Positions 1-13,567 of a stretch of DNA of 64,000 nucleotides are shown in pieces. The notes beneath the pieces are model-generated. The model was not told the DNA's origin, ran no database searches, and worked only from the letters and a program-made list of their open reading frames with translations. Source of the DNA: Bilabrum cf. latius (lineage: Eukaryota); NCBI GenBank assembly GCA_965178125.1, contig OZ237737.1, forward strand, positions 1,550,001 to 1,614,000. The letters run 5' to 3'. Position numbers and translations under genes: made by a program. How positions within the stretch are numbered: position 1 is the first letter of the stretch; every line of letters begins with the position of its first letter.

Positions 1-1716
1 CTTGACGTTCTGGATCGTGATTGTCACGGTGGCGACGGTGCTGCCCCGGCACAGCCTGGGGAACTAATCCGCAGGCAGCTCGCAGGACTCCGAAATGCGC
101 GACTGGAATGCCTCCGGACTGGTCCTGACCTCCCCTGTCCTGAAGTTCTCCCACATCGCCAGGGCTGTGTCCCAGCAGCACTCTGCCTCCTCGGACCACT
201 GCTCCATCTGGTTGGCGCACTGCGCCGAGCACTGGGGGGACGCTACTTCCGGGTTGAGCGGGCTCCGGGTCCTCCTCCCGCACGACCCCGTGATCTCGTA
301 CGTGGCGTAGAACTGCACGGCCAGGCTCTGGCTGAACACGAGCGCGCAGTACTTGTCGTCAGACGGCCGCTTCCCGCAACCGTACTGGGCCATCACGCTC
401 ACCCCGAGGAGATCGACGTGGGCGGCCTGCTCCGCAAACGAGAAGAATGCGCGGGCGCAGGGGATGCAGAATTCGTCCAGGAAAGCCTCGCTCAGCTGGT
501 TCTGCAGGGCCTCTTCGTCAGCGTCGGCCAGGAAGAGCTCCTCCGTCAGCACCTGCGGGAGGCAGAAGTCGGCCGGCACCCCGGCCTTGAGGCACACGAG
601 GTCGTAGAGCACCTCGATGTCTTCCACGTTTGCGACCAAGTCGCCTGCGCCCGCCGCCACGCCCGCGGCCTCGAGGACCACGGAGGTAGTGGACTGGATA
701 TTCGAAGAGATCAGGTTCCTGCACTCGTTGTTGCCGCACGCGTCCGTGACGAGCGCCCTGACGTTGTCGGGCAGGGGCGTATCCGTTGAGTTCCCCACCA
801 GGCCGAGGTCTCGCATGATATCGGTGATTTCCTGGAAGCAGTACTCGCCCCCCTCGTTCTGCGTGCAGAGCACGTCCACCACGGTCACGGCCTGGGCCAG
901 GGCCGCGGGGCACACGCCGCCTGACAGGCTGCCGTCCTCGATGGCGTCCATCGTTGACTGCATGGAGGCGTAGCATGCGGAAGTAGTCACGCAAAGCTCC
1001 CCGGGGTTCAGTTCGATGTTGCTGGAGAACGTCTGCTCGCAGGCCCGGTCCATGTCCTGAATCAGTGAGCAGCACGCAGTCGAATTGTCCCGATCGCAGA
1101 TGCTCTGGACCGGATCGTCGTCGATCTGGAGCCTCCGGCCCGGCAGTATAGAGTAAGACTGCAAAGGAATAGAAAAAGAAGCGTCGTGTGGCGTTGCCAT
1201 GGGATCACATGACTGTTGGGTGCTCGAAAGAGGGCCACAGAAGAACCCGACAGGATCCACCGGTAGGTGCCGCGTGCCTCCTCAATATCCACTGCCAGTG
1301 CTTGCATTCCGGGCACCCAACGCGCTGGCGGAGTCAATGGTAAACGACTAGAATGGTGGTATCAGTTGAGGGCAAAATTGGCTGCCATGATCTCATGGGT
1401 TTGCCTAGTTTTCTTTTGAGTCTGACCCGCCGACCGATTCGGTTTCCCCGCCGTTGTCCGGGGAAGCCAAATACAGCGGCACATACGGCAAAACCAAGGC
1501 CCACATTAGACAATTGCTATCGGAGTTTTCATCAGGTGGTGCACTCACACTGGGATTTAGAACGCGGGCGGCGGTTTGGCCGACTAATTGTCTGGCTTGC
1601 TGCACAGCATCTTTTGCGTCGCTTAGTAGGTGCTCCCCAAAAGATGGAGATGATCCGACAGCGCAATTGGCAAAGACAATTGCGGTTATCATAAATGATA
1701 CTCGTCCGGTCTTCAT
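1..1716 (-). CDS. Cysteine-rich secreted/surface protein of unknown function; runs off the left edge; 5' exon structure unresolved
   Basis: ORF 64..1260 is Cys-rich with repeated CC/CxxC patterns and ends at TAG (64-66). The frame stays open to base 1 (FPRLCRGSTVATVTITIQNVK). A candidate signal-peptide exon starts at ATG 1716 (MKTGRVSFMITAIVFANCAVG) and is followed by a GTGAGT donor. The introns between about 1160 and 1550 could not be resolved. Confidence 0.55.
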
Positions 1717-1944
1717 GGCTTTCAGGCGGAGTGCTGTGGTGGAAACGAACACCCACAGTCCACTGGTAGGCGCCGCGCGGACGAGTTGGCGGAACCACTG
1801 CTGTTGCACACGAGTGCAATAAAATTGAATTTGCCAAGAGAACAGACAACTCTGTTCAGTGTACGTTTGCTTGGGGTGATGCTTGTTTGAGTCTATGAGA
1901 AGGCTCAAGCCTACGGCGCCTCATTGGTTCGTACATTGGCTGTC

Positions 1945-3360
1945 ATGAACAGAGCGTGGAAGCGACAATGGCTGGAACGAGCGTACAACAGAGGCGGCGA
2001 GTCACTACGGGCATGTGCCAGTTGGGTATTGGACTCGCATAAACTGTCCAGCGTTGATGCGGCGGAGCGTGCCTTGCGGCATTTGCTAGTCAAGCAGCCC
2101 GTCCAGCAGGTGCTCGGTAGCTGGCCGGTCGGAGGGCTTCCGGCCGACGTGCACGTGGCAAGCAAACACGTGCTTATCCCTCGGGAAGACACGTACTCAG
2201 TAGCAGCAGTGGCGGCGCGATATGCGCTGGATATCCACGGCAGCCCCGGCCGCGCCATCACTCTGCTTGATTTGGGATGCGGCAGCGGCGTCCTCGGGCT
2301 TGCAGTCGCGGATCTGCTGCAGCGCTCTCGCGCCGGAGAGGACTGCCTGGACATGTACTCCGACTGCATGCAGCCGGCTCGAGAGTTTGCTGCGCCCAGC
2401 TCAGGTGCTGCTCGCCCTCAGAGTACGCAAACCAGCTAGGCGAGCAGCCGCACACTGCGGAGGGACCACAGGCGCACGCACAGGCACAGGCAGGCAGGCT
2501 TGCACCTGGTCGGGGTGGACAAGAGCCGGGCAGCTCTCGCCGCCTTCTCTAAGAACGCTGCGCAGCTCGCATCCGAGTCGGGGGCTCCCTGCGGCACCTG
2601 CTCTTCTTCGTCCCGGCCGTACACATGGCAGGCGGTGGCTGGGGACGCCTCGATGCCTGCCAGCGGCTGGGTCGGGTGGGAAGAGGGGGCCCAGGAGCAG
2701 CACACCGGTAACGCGGCCTCCCTTTTCACCCATCGAGGTCACGCCGATCTTCTCCTGGCTAATCCCCCGTACATTCCCTCGGGGGGTTGGCGTGCGGGGT
2801 GGCTGCGTGAAGGACTTGCGGGCAGCAGCAATAATGAGTCGGGTGCCCTGGCACAGCCGGGAAACGGTCGCCGGTCCCAGGCAGCAGATGAGCCGGGCAT
2901 GTGTTCCCTAGATCCGAGCGTGTTGGCGTACGAACCCGTGGGCGCTCTGGCGGGCGGGGGCATCGACGGTCTAGACTGCGCGAGGGCCTGGATGGAGGCC
3001 GCTGTGGGACCTGCCCCCCCCATCAGGGAACAAGGGAGCCCATCTCGATCAGGACGGTAGGATGGTCACGGCACTGCTGCCAGTGATTCGGCGGGTGGCG
3101 TCGTGAGGGAAGGCACCGTGGCAGTGCTGGAGCTGGACCACGGCCAGCCGGCTGAGCTCGCACGGTGGGCAGACCGCCGGCGGGCATGGAGGCATTGGAG
3201 GGCCACACAATGGGAAGAGGAAGGAGAGGGAAGGATGGGTGTCGCTGAGTGTGCGATGACTCGAACGCTGGGAGCCGTGCTTGCATGGGCGCCCATCGCC
3301 TCCCACAGAGACATGTTCGGGGTGGAGAGGATTCTAGCCATGCGGGCTGTGGAGGTGTGA
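1945..3360 (+). CDS. HEMK1: HemK/PrmC-family release-factor glutamine methyltransferase (organellar HEMK1-like), 2 in-frame TAG
   Basis: Motifs VLIPREDT, LLDLGCGSG, LVGVDKS, ANPPYI, YEP..AL.GG.DGLD and RDMFGVER lie in three same-frame ORFs separated only by TAG (2437, 3058). Ends TGA 3358-3360. Confidence 0.85.
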
Positions 3361-3515
3361 GGGCATGGAGCCATTGCCTGGCTTCCATAGGCGTTGTTGG
3401 TGCGAATGCAAAAGTTTACGCTCAGTTGCAATGCAATAGCAGCGCATAAGCTAGCTGCCCCTGCACAATGCAATAGCAGCCCCTGCACACGGCTACAACG
3501 CCCTGTGATTCAGCC

Positions 3516-4886
3516 TCAGGACTGACAGACAGCCCCGATCACATCCACCGCAGCGATGCCCTTGTTCCCTGGCAGTGGGGCCTGAAATGCCGTCATGAGG
3601 GCAACCGGCGGAGACATGGACGAAGATGACGGTGACCCGCCGGCGCTGGAGTTCCGTGCACCTAGCCCGCCGCTGCTGCTGCTGCTGCTGCTGCCCGCCG
3701 CACCCATGTCCGTCGATGGCGCCTGCATCGGCACCGGCACCATCTAAGGCCAAAGGGAGGGAACGGCCTCTCCCACAGTCACCTGCGGCCGTTCAGGAAA
3801 CGAGAGGGTCTGGTCTGCCCGTAGCAGCGGCTCTTTGGACACCATGGCGCGGACCTGGCACGCCTGCGTGTACGCCACCGGCGGCGTGCCATCGAAGGCG
3901 TCGTCGGTGATGAAGGCCACGGCCAGCCTCCCGCTTCCAGGGCACACGGCCACGGCGGGGGACCCGGCCTTGCGACCAAGAGTACCGGGGAGGTCCCCGG
4001 GGGCATACACCAGGTGGCTGTGCACCCACCCACCGGTGGCCGTGGGGTCGGACGTGATCGCGATCTGCACAGTGAATGAACCCCACCCGGCCTTGCCCCA
4101 GAAGCCCTCGAACCCGCACACCCACCCACCGGCAGGCCCACCCTGTGCACTCGTCACACCGCCCGAGAGGGTCCGTGCCACGCCTCCAAATGGCACACAC
4201 TGCGGCATCCCATTCCTGGATCCGTTGGTGGTCTGGATCTGCGCGAACCCGGGAGCCCAAGTGCGCCCCCCGTCCGCGCTCACGCGCTGCACCACGTCCT
4301 GCGCGTACTGGCCGGGGTACCCGGGGCGAGGCCTCTCGCGGGAATAGGCGACGTGCAGCTCCAGGGGAGATGATGTGCTGCTGCTCGACGCCGGCGCGTG
4401 GAAGAGGAAGGGCTCCCACACGGCGTGCGTGCGGTTGTGGTCCGCAATCGTGGAGCGGAGTGACCACGTGTGCCCGCCGTCCACGCTTGCATGAACGCGC
4501 AACCGATAGTGCGAGCACAATGGAATCGGTCCGCCCGTGTTGGTACAATTTACGTGGTGCCTGTAGGCGACCACGAACTCATCCTGGTCCTCGGTGGACT
4601 GCGCAATGAAGCAGTTCGCTAGATCCACACCTTTCCAGGTATCTTCGACAACCACACCACGATTATACCAGGTCTACCCCCCATCATGAGACGTAAACCA
4701 CGAAATTTGATGCAGTTTACCGATCTGCGGCGTTTCTGCGCATGCGATAAGGGTGCCGTTCTGCAAAGAAGAGACACGCGGGTAGTACGATGCCGGCGGG
4801 GCCATCACGTGGGTCTCGAGTCCTCTAAGTGCAAACACGTCGAGGAAAAAACATGATAGTACAAAAACTAGTAACAAGGCCGGCAT
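3516..4886 (-). CDS. Secreted BNR/Asp-box beta-propeller glycoside hydrolase (GH93/sialidase-like), 2 in-frame TAG
   Basis: Signal peptide MPALLLVFVLSCFFLDVFA. Asp-boxes SHDGG*TW, SVDGGHTW and SADGGRTW. Motifs YPR, WEPFL, RNGMP and GSP. TAG at 4674-76 and 3744-46; ends TGA at 3516. Confidence 0.75.
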
Positions 4887-5068
4887 ATCTTGAAAAGCAA
4901 TAAGCAGTTTCAACAGCAACTAGGTTTGCGGAACCATGAATTGCGCGGCGTCGAGGCCGTTGTTGCAGCTGGAAGTGCGGTCGAATAGCACGACAAGCAC
5001 TCTTTGATTCGCGTCATAAATTTTATTAGCGAACGCAATCAGGCGCATTATCTCCCAGACGGGCCGAC

Positions 5069-8000
5069 ATGGGCGATGTTTTGAATCTCATTGTCGAGTA
5101 CGCCAGGCTAGGTCTCTACCGCCACATTCAGACCGTATGCACAGAAGTACGCAAGAAGAAAGGAAAGGACCCGAACCTGATCTTCTGGGGCGCTTATGGA
5201 TAGGGATATGAAGGTGAGCCTCGATTGATCCTGCGTACAGGGGCACCATGTGCTTCGCGCAACAGATTTTAGTGAGTGTTGCAAATGTTGCCAGCCGACC
5301 ATTTCTCGCAGGGAATCCAGCCGAAGCAATCCGAGAATTGGATTCTTTGCGGGGCCGGCGAGAGGCAGAGCTCCCCGCCCTCGTGCTTGCGGCAGATCTG
5401 CACAGGAGAGCCAAAACTGTGGACCGAGTTGCGTTGCGAGCTGTCGAAGACGACATTCCCAGGGCAGAATCGCAGGCCGGGGAGCGCGGCCGTGTGCTCA
5501 ACACGCACTACTTGCTCTTGTCGGGAAACGTGCAGGCCGCCATCAAAAACGCCGAGGCCGCGATCACGGCGTCGGCCGAGAGCCCGGCGGCTCACGCCGC
5601 AATGGGGTGGTGCCTTGTGGCCCAGGCCCGCGGCCTGTGCGACAGCGAGGCTCAAGGGGGTGCCTCCAGGGGGCACGTGAGCAGGGGGGTGGTGCAGCTG
5701 GCCCAGCGGGCTCTCGATTCGTTTCGACGCGCCGCCAGCCTGGTGGCCTCTGGGGGTGCCGGCGGGGGTGCGGGCGCGGGTGCGGGTGCAGGGAAGAAGG
5801 ATCTAGGGGTGGAGATGGGCATGTCGAACGCCCTGGTGGCCTGTGGGAAAGCTGAAGAGGCCGTGGGTGTGCTGGGCGAGCTGCAGGTGCGCGCCCCTTG
5901 GTTCATGCCGGCGTACGGCGCCCGGGGCCGCATCCTGTCTGTGGGCAGGCAGTGGGGGGCTGTGCAGGAGCAGGTGGACAAGGCCCTGGGCCAGGACCCC
6001 TTGGACCTGGAGTCTCTGCGGCTCGCAGTCCTGCGAGGGCTCCTGCAAGAAGGGGCCCAGTCGGCCATGGGAGGCACCGTGGGCAGACTGGAGAGCCTGT
6101 GCAGGGCCATCAAGAAGCACGAGCCGGCCAACGTGGAGCTGCTGCTGCGCGTGTGCCAGCCATTCGCGCGGCTGTCGGGGGGCGCGGCCTCTATCCTCAA
6201 GCTCACGCTGGAGCTGGCGCGGCTGGCGCGCACCGTGGACCCGGGATCGTCGGAAGCGGCGGCCGAGTGCGGCCGTCAGGAGGCGCTGCTGGGGAGCTAC
6301 GCGGCCGCGGCAGGCAGCTTCCGCGAGGCCGCCAAGCGCGATGAGGGGAACGTGGAGGCTCTGTGGGGCGCGATCTACTGCCAGATCAAGCTGGGCGACC
6401 TGGAAGACGCCGCGGCGCAGCTGGAGCTGTTCCGCATGGTGCAGGCGAGTGGCGGGCGCAGCTCCAAGGTGGCTCTGCTGGACGCTCTGCTGGCCTGGCA
6501 CAAGGACAGGGATGCGGTGGCGCAGCTCAAAGCACTCGACGAGACCAGAGCTCTCCTGCGGCAGGAGCTTGAGGGGGCGAGGGCGCGGGCGCTGGTGGGC
6601 AGCACGACCATCTTCGAGCTGCTGTCCATCTGGGACCCCCAGCTGCGGCTTGAGGTGGCGGGGGAGTACCTTTAGCACGCTGAGGTCGAGGACGACGACG
6701 TGCACGCGAGCAGCGCGGGGGGCGGCGCGGGGGCGGGCGCGGACGACGAGCTCGGGTTCGCGGGACCCGCTGCGGGCGGCTCCCTGTCCGACTCGGCGGG
6801 GGCAGCGGCCCTTCGGAAGCGAGCGCTGACCGCCGGCCTGGAGCTGCTGTCCGAGGTGTCGGACCTGGCCCCCGGCCTGACGCAGGCCCGCCTCATGATG
6901 GCGCAGACGCACTTCAGGAAGGGCAACCTTGACGAGGCACAGCGCGCGCTGGTGTCCTGCCTCAAGGTGGACCCCTCCTTCGCCGACGCGCACCTGCTCA
7001 TGGCCCAGGTGGCGCTGGCCAAGGACGACGTGCAGGGCGCCAAGGCCTCGCTGGACGAGGCGGTGGCCTACGAGTTCAAGGTCAGGCAGAGGCCCGCCTT
7101 TCAGATGGTGCACGCGCGGGTGCTCCTCGGGGAACAAAAGTTCGCGGAGGCCGTGGACGCGCTGGAGGCGGCCAGGAAGGCGAACCGCGGGCAGATTGAC
7201 GCGGCTCTCGAGGCGGCTCGAAGGGCGGCCGAGGACAAGAAGGCCGGCCGCAGCAGTGGCGGTGGCAGCAGGTCGGGGCCGGCGAGCGGGGCGGGCGCGG
7301 GCGGCGGTGCCGCTGCTGGAAGCGGTGTGACGAGCGCGGGCTCGCTGAGTCGCAAAGAGCTGCTGGAGCTGCTGGTGCTGCTGGCCGAGGCGCTCACGGC
7401 CCTGGGCAAAGTGGACGAGGCGAGCGAGGTGGCCAGAGAGGCTGCCGTGCTGGGCAAGGGGAGCGGCTCCGAGGTCAAGGTGCTGGTGGCACAGTCCAAG
7501 ATCGCCCTGGCCAAAGGGGACGTGGACAGGGCGCTGAGAAAGCTCGGCTCCGTGCCCTACACGGACCCTGCCTTCCGCACGGCGCAGCTCGTACGCGCGG
7601 AAGTGTACCTGCGCTACCGAAGGGACCGCAGCCGGTTCGTGCGGTGCTACTCGGAGCTGGCCGAGAAGCGGCCGGGCCCTCGCAGCCTCGTGGCCCTCGC
7701 GGGCGCGTACCTGCGCGTGCAGATGCCGGACGAGGCCGTGGAGGCGCTGCACAAGGCGCTGGCCATGGCTCCCGACGACCCCGTGCTGGTGCGCAAGGTG
7801 GGCCGCGCGCTCGTGGCCACGCACGACTACCGCGGGGCGGCCGAGTACTACGAGACCGCGCTGGACCGCCAGCTCACGGGGTTTGGAGGGGAGGGCCGGG
7901 GACCCTCGGCCATCGCGGCGGCGGCGGCGGCGCTGGTGAAGCGGAGGGGCGCGTCCCTCGACGCCCCTGTGCGCGCCTCGCTGCGCACCGAGCTGACCGA

Positions 8001-9735
8001 GCTGTACGTGAAGATGAGGCGGTTCGAGGAGGCGGCCGGGCTGGTGGCCGAGGCGCTGGCGGATGAGGCCACGGGCAGCGACGCGGCGGCGCTCGAGGGA
8101 ACCGTGCGCGCTCTGAGGCTCATGGCCCGGGTGCAGCTGGGCGTGGGTGACGCGCCCGCCGCGGAGGAGACCCTGCGGCAGGCTCTCACGGTGCAGGACA
8201 AAGTCTCGGCGGCTCTTCGGGAGGACGCCCCGGAGCTCGTGCAGGGGGCGCGCCGCACGGCCGCCGAGATCTGCCATGAGGTGGGTCAGCTGTGCGAGGA
8301 GGCGGCCGACGGGGGCATCTCCAGCGCGGCTGCACCCCCCGGCGCGGCGGAGACGGCCGCCACGGAGGGCGGCGGCTTCGAGCAGCGGGCGCTGACCAAC
8401 TACAGGGATGCTCTGCGACGAGATGAGACGCACCAGGAGTCCATGCTGGCCCTCGCGCGGCTGCTGATCCGGACGCAGGAGCTGCCCGAGGCTGAGCTGG
8501 TGCTTGGCCGGCTGCAGGCAGCGGCCCCCGGCCTGGAGGAAGCCGGCATCCTATTGGGCGACCTCAAGTTCGCGCAGGGGGAGCCCAGCGAGGCCGTGGT
8601 GCGGTACCAGAAGGTGCTGGAGGAGCACCCCACGAGGTACGACGCGCTGTCCAAGTTCATCGTGCTGCTGCGGAGGAGCTCCCGCATCGAGGAGGCCAAG
8701 CGCTTCATGGACCTGGCCAAGGCGGCGAGCCCACGGGCGGAGAGCGACGCTGGTTTCTGCTACTGCCAGGGCCTGCTGCACCGTGCCAGCCGCGAGCCCA
8801 CGGAGGCCATCTCCAGCTTCAACTAGGCGAGGCACTCCGGTAGGTGGGGCCTGCAGGCCATCGAGGCCATGGTGGACGTGTACGTGTGCCCCGAGGGGGA
8901 CGACCTGTGGGCGGACGCGGGCACAGTCGCGAGGCAGGAGGCCGAGGACGGGGCGCAGGCGGGGGCCGGGCGCGGGGGGGTGCAGGCCCGGGGCGGGGCT
9001 GGCGCTGGGGCTGGGGCAGGGGCCACCAAGGGCGAGGCCCGAGATGCCGAGCAGCGGCAGGCACGTTGGCGCGACAACAGCCGATCGGCCCTCGCCCTCC
9101 TGCGGACCATCCCCCCTAGGATGCGCAAGGCGCACCACGACGTGCTGGCTGCCCTTGCCACGATGGTGCCCCGGAGCAACGAGGCCCTCGGGGAGGCGCA
9201 GGGACTGCTGGAGGGAGTGCTCGCCAGACAGCCTCAGAACGTGCCGGCGCTGCTGGGGCTGGCCACGGCCCACCTGCTGGCGGGCCGCGTGCCCAAGGCG
9301 AGGACGGCGCTCAAGACGCTGGTGGGCGCCAAGTTCGACGCAGAGTCGGCGGACTACTTCGTGCGGGCGTGGCTGCTGCTTGCGGACCTGTTCATCGGGC
9401 AGGGGAAGCACGACCATGCGCTGCAGCTGTGCCAGCAGGCACTCAAGCACGACAGCTCGAGCGGCAAGGCGTGGGAGCACCTCGGGGCCATCATGGAGAG
9501 GGAGGGGGCCTACGCTGACGCGGCGGGGCACTACGAGAGGGCGTGGGCGCTGGAGCAGGAGCAGTCCGCCCAGGTGGGGTACAAGCTGGCCTTCAACTAC
9601 CTCAAGGCAAGGCGGTTCACGAGAGCCATCGACGTGTGCCACAAGGTGCTCAAGACGTTCCCCGACTACGGCGCCATCAAGCGGGACGTGCTTGACAGGG
9701 CCAGGGGGAATCTGAGGAACCCAAAGCCTGAGTGA
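5069..9735 (+). CDS. IFT139: Intraflagellar transport protein IFT139 / TTC21B (TPR protein); intron 5214-5311; 3 in-frame TAG
   Basis: N-terminus MGDVLNLIVEYARLGLY..DP.LIFW.AYG*GYEG|NPAEAIRE; internal KVGRALVATHDY; C-terminal VGYKLAFNYLKA..AIDVCHKVL..FPDY..IKRDVLDRAR. TAGs at 5201, 6673 and 8824; ends TGA. Confidence 0.93.
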
Positions 9736-9894
9736 TTTGTACCGTCGCCATTAGTTTGCGAATTCATCCTCATATCATACTGCTGCCAGTGGTCTCAGCG
9801 CCGACCAGTAGTCACACCACCGGCGAGGCCGGATCGCTCGGACGCCCTCTCATTCGACAAACAGCAAGGCGCGCACGCCCAAGCTCGCTCTGGG

Positions 9895-11649
9895 ATGGAT
9901 GTTCGGCAATCTTTTCGGTTGCGTCATGCCTCTAGGCAGTTTCGCACTGGGCTCGCAAGATCACTTGGAGGGGCTCCTCGAAGGCCCCTGCTGTCGCCTG
10001 CCATGAAGAGATCCCTGTCTCTGAACGACGCAGATTCGGACGGATTTGGTGTGGAGGACATGTCACAGTCAAATATATCTGACACATCGTCGACGGACAC
10101 TGAGCCAGGTCGTTCGAGTAGGGCAGGAAGCGCTGCGCTGGTTCGATCCGCATCGGCGACTGAGGCGGGAGGCCTCCAGGCGGCCTCTAGAGTCGAGTTG
10201 GTCGGAACATTGCGCGAGCCACAACGTTGCTTTTCTGTTTCAAGCAAAAGCAAGGCATCTTGGTCTTCTGAATCGCTCGGGTTGGCAGCCGGTGAAACCA
10301 AGGATGGAGATTCAAACGACGAATCTGAGAGGCGCGGAAGAAAACGCAAACGACAACATGCATGCCCGCCGACTCCGAGCAAGGCGGGAATCAACTTTCA
10401 TGTGCGCGCTTAGAGGCTTGGAACGTCGGTCTGCATCGTGTTTAGGATCTTGAAGTCGAAGCTCACTGAGCTCGTACGGAACTCGAACGCCAGGCATATT
10501 GGCATTGCCGCAAAGGCATCCCAGGATCAGGCACGCCCTGGTGAGTTTTGGGGCCTCTCGTCTCTCGATTCCGATGTCTTGGAGAGGCAACTGGCGTACT
10601 CGGTCGCTGGGTGTGTCACGCCAGCAGGCGAGTGCGCCACGAGACTGGGATCCAGCCATTCAGACGCGGCAATGAGGCATAGGAGGGATGACGCGGCCTT
10701 TGCCATGGATGATTTCTTGCGTGGAACAGGTCTGGGGCATGCTGTCGAGTCCGCTTGCTCGGGGGCAGCACCAGCCGCGGCACGTGCTAGTACCGGCACC
10801 AGCACACCTCGTGCTCGCCACTGGCACACCACTGGTGGCATAGGAACGCTGCCGCCGGCACTGGTGGGGCCTAGCCTCAGTCGGTCGCGGCGCCGTCTGG
10901 CTGGACAGGATCACGATGATCCCATCCGGGCGGCGGGTGCGGCGCTCGCTGCCGCTGGAGCAGCCGGCCGGCGTGGCGCGAGCCGGCGGGAACTGCGGTC
11001 GGCCTTGTTCCGAGGCGGTGTGACGAGTGCGAGCGAGCCGGCGCAGGGCCTTGAGGTTGGCAGCGAGTGCCTGTGCGCTGCTCTGAGGGCTGCCGGCCCG
11101 CTGCAATGGGAGGGAAAGGGGCAGGAAAGGGCTCGGGTCACTACGGTGGGGAAGGGGAGGCCGTCGGAGGCCGGCAGCCGGGTGGCGGTGCGGCTGGTGC
11201 TGGAGGTGGTTGCGCTGGGGGATGGTGGGACAGATGGGGCCGGGGGCACGGGAAAAAAGAGGCGGAGGATTGACGAGGGTGGACTATCGGCGACTGTGAA
11301 ACCGGAAGGGGCTCGGGAACAGGGCGAAGGTGAGACCGGACCGCATCCAGATCCAACTACGAGTCCTGGGAGTCCTGCGAGTCCCACCGGCACTGGTCTC
11401 GACGAAGGCCCGGCCATGCGGCTGGTGCTCGCTGGATTTAGTCCGAGCAGGGGTGTGGCTCTGTTTGGGCCTGAGGGGGGCACCGGGCCTGGATCCGCAG
11501 AGGGGGGAGCGGCCTCAGTGACCGACTCGGTCTCATCAAGCAGCAGCAGCAGCAGCAGCAGCCGCGCCCAGACTCCCGGTGGCATATGCGCGACCGCTGA
11601 GCTGTCTAGGCGGATGGGGGCTCTGTTTGGGAACCCCTCGATGCTATGA
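9895..11649 (+). CDS. Hypothetical low-complexity protein; 1 in-frame TAG; start uncertain (9895 or a downstream ATG near 10003)
   Basis: ORFs 9895..10413 and 10438..11649 share a frame and are separated only by TAG 10411. Ends TGA. No recognisable domain. Confidence 0.55.
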
Positions 11650-11806
11650 CTGGGCGCTTGGTCGCTGGCAGCGCCCGGAGCCCCCCCAAGGTGCGGTACG
11701 ACCCGGCGGCTCTTTTCGCCGGCACCCGTTAGTCGCACGTGCGGTTGCACTTTCGTGCCCTGACGCCGACACAATTTCTTCCAATAAATAGAAGGAGCTA
11801 CTCTCC

Positions 11807-13567
11807 ATGACTAAACCAGAAGCTGATAGACCTTTCGATGAGTCTCTGCCGGAGCAATATCGCCTCAAACACATTCGGTCGGGCTACAGGCGGGAGACAA
11901 ACAAGGGGTCATGCGGTGATGTTCTAGCAAGCGCCGTGACCTGCCACAACGAAAGCGGCAACATATTCACGCACCTGCTAGCATTTATGATGTTTGTGGG
12001 TTGCCTCGTGCTTGTCATCACCCAGGTAGACTCTGCACAGAAGCACAGCAACGGGGCCCGCGCGCTCAGCGTGGTGCGTCACCGGCTCGACGGGTTCGCA
12101 CGCATGTGGGGCCTACGGCTCGGCGGCATGGAGCAGAATGGTTCGATGGATCACACCCAAGATTCAACGCTCGGTGGGTCCGGCAACGAAGGCCATGGCG
12201 CGGTTGCGACGAACACTTCACCTAACGTAACCAGTATTCCAGCGCTTGGAGGCATGGTGGACACGGCGTCTCGCCTCGTTTGCTTTTCTGGGCATGATGA
12301 TCCTGGAACTGATAGCACCGGACATGGCCCGTCCTGCACGTCGCTCCCGGAGGCGGTAGAATCCGGTGAAGTCGCCGGACTATCTTCTGACCGGCCCGCG
12401 ACTGGCCTCGCGGCCTACTGGGAAGGCATCCGCGAGGGGGCTGACAACACAATTCATGCGTTTGAGGAAAGATTAGAAACGATCGGCCGTGCTTTGGCGA
12501 CCGCGGGTCGCGACGTCTCCCGCCAGGGCCTCCTGCTCCGCGCCGCCGCGATTGCTCGCCTGGACGAGGCCGGCAAGTACGTCGAGCTGGCGACGAGCGT
12601 GGCCGGGGCAGAGGTCGAGGGCGTGCTTCGGCGGGCCGACGAGGCCGTGGAGGCAGCCGTGGATGCCGCCACTCTGGCGCTGGACGCCCGCCTGGGCACG
12701 CACCTGACCATGGAAGAGGCCAAGCTGCAGCAGGAGCAGCAGGAGCGGAACCAGGCGCGGGAGGGGTCCGGTGACGTCGGAGTCGCCGAGGTGGGGGTGG
12801 ATGGCACCATTGTCGCAGGAAAAGATGGTCAGCCGAGCGGCGGTGCATCGCACGACAGCGCAGAGGACTCCGCCGCCGTGCATAGGGGACTGGGAACGAG
12901 GCGGCGGCTGTCTCGCTGGCCGCTCGTCGTGTTCGTGCTCAGCGCGATGGTGTGTCTTGGATGCAGCGTGACGTACCACCTGTTCTACGTCGTGTCCGAG
13001 GAGTGGTTCGGGTTTCTTCAGAGGCTCGACTACAGCGGGATCGCAGTTTTGATCTTCGGGAGCAACATGCCCCCGCTGCAGTACCTGTACTACTGCAGGC
13101 CAGAAGAAAGGACCATTTTCACGGTGGTGTCGCTCGTGTCCTGCGCCGGCTGCCTGTGCATGGGGCTGCTGGAGTTTTTCAGGCATGCGAAGTGGCAGGC
13201 GCCTAGGGCTGGCGTGTTCGTGCTGACGGGGCTGGTGGGAGGGGTGGCGGTGGTGTACGGGTGGCAGCTGTCGGCTGCTGAGCATCCTTAGGTTAGGGAG
13301 GCCCTGTGGAGCGTCGTGATCATGGGGGGCCTATACGTGGGCGGGGCGGCTCTTTACGCGCTGCACATCCCGGAGCGGTGGAGCCAGACGGGTTACTTCG
13401 ACCTGGTGGGCAACTCGCACAACATCTTCCACGTGTTTGTGGGGCTTGCGGCACTGCTGCACTTTAGGACGTCTCTGTTGCTCTTCGACTGGAGGAGGGA
13501 GCACCTGGAGTGCCCCGCCGATGGGTACGAGGGCCTGGGGATGGGGATGGGGATCCACTAGCAGTGA
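11807..13567 (+). CDS. PAQR / adiponectin-receptor (haemolysin III) family membrane protein; 2 in-frame TAG
   Basis: Motifs HIRSGYR, HNESGNIFTH, SVTYHLF, RLDYSGI, IPERW..G.FDL.GNSHNIFHVFV. The last TM helices and the HxxxH motif lie beyond TAG 13289. The terminus is TAG-CAG-TGA (13559-13567). Confidence 0.9.

Noticed and set aside
1945-3360. HemK release-factor methyltransferase as part of the recoding machinery
   Set aside because: The VLIPR.DT/NPPY layout is PrmC/HEMK1-type (organellar release factors) rather than the eRF1 methylase. Its presence is probably coincidental.
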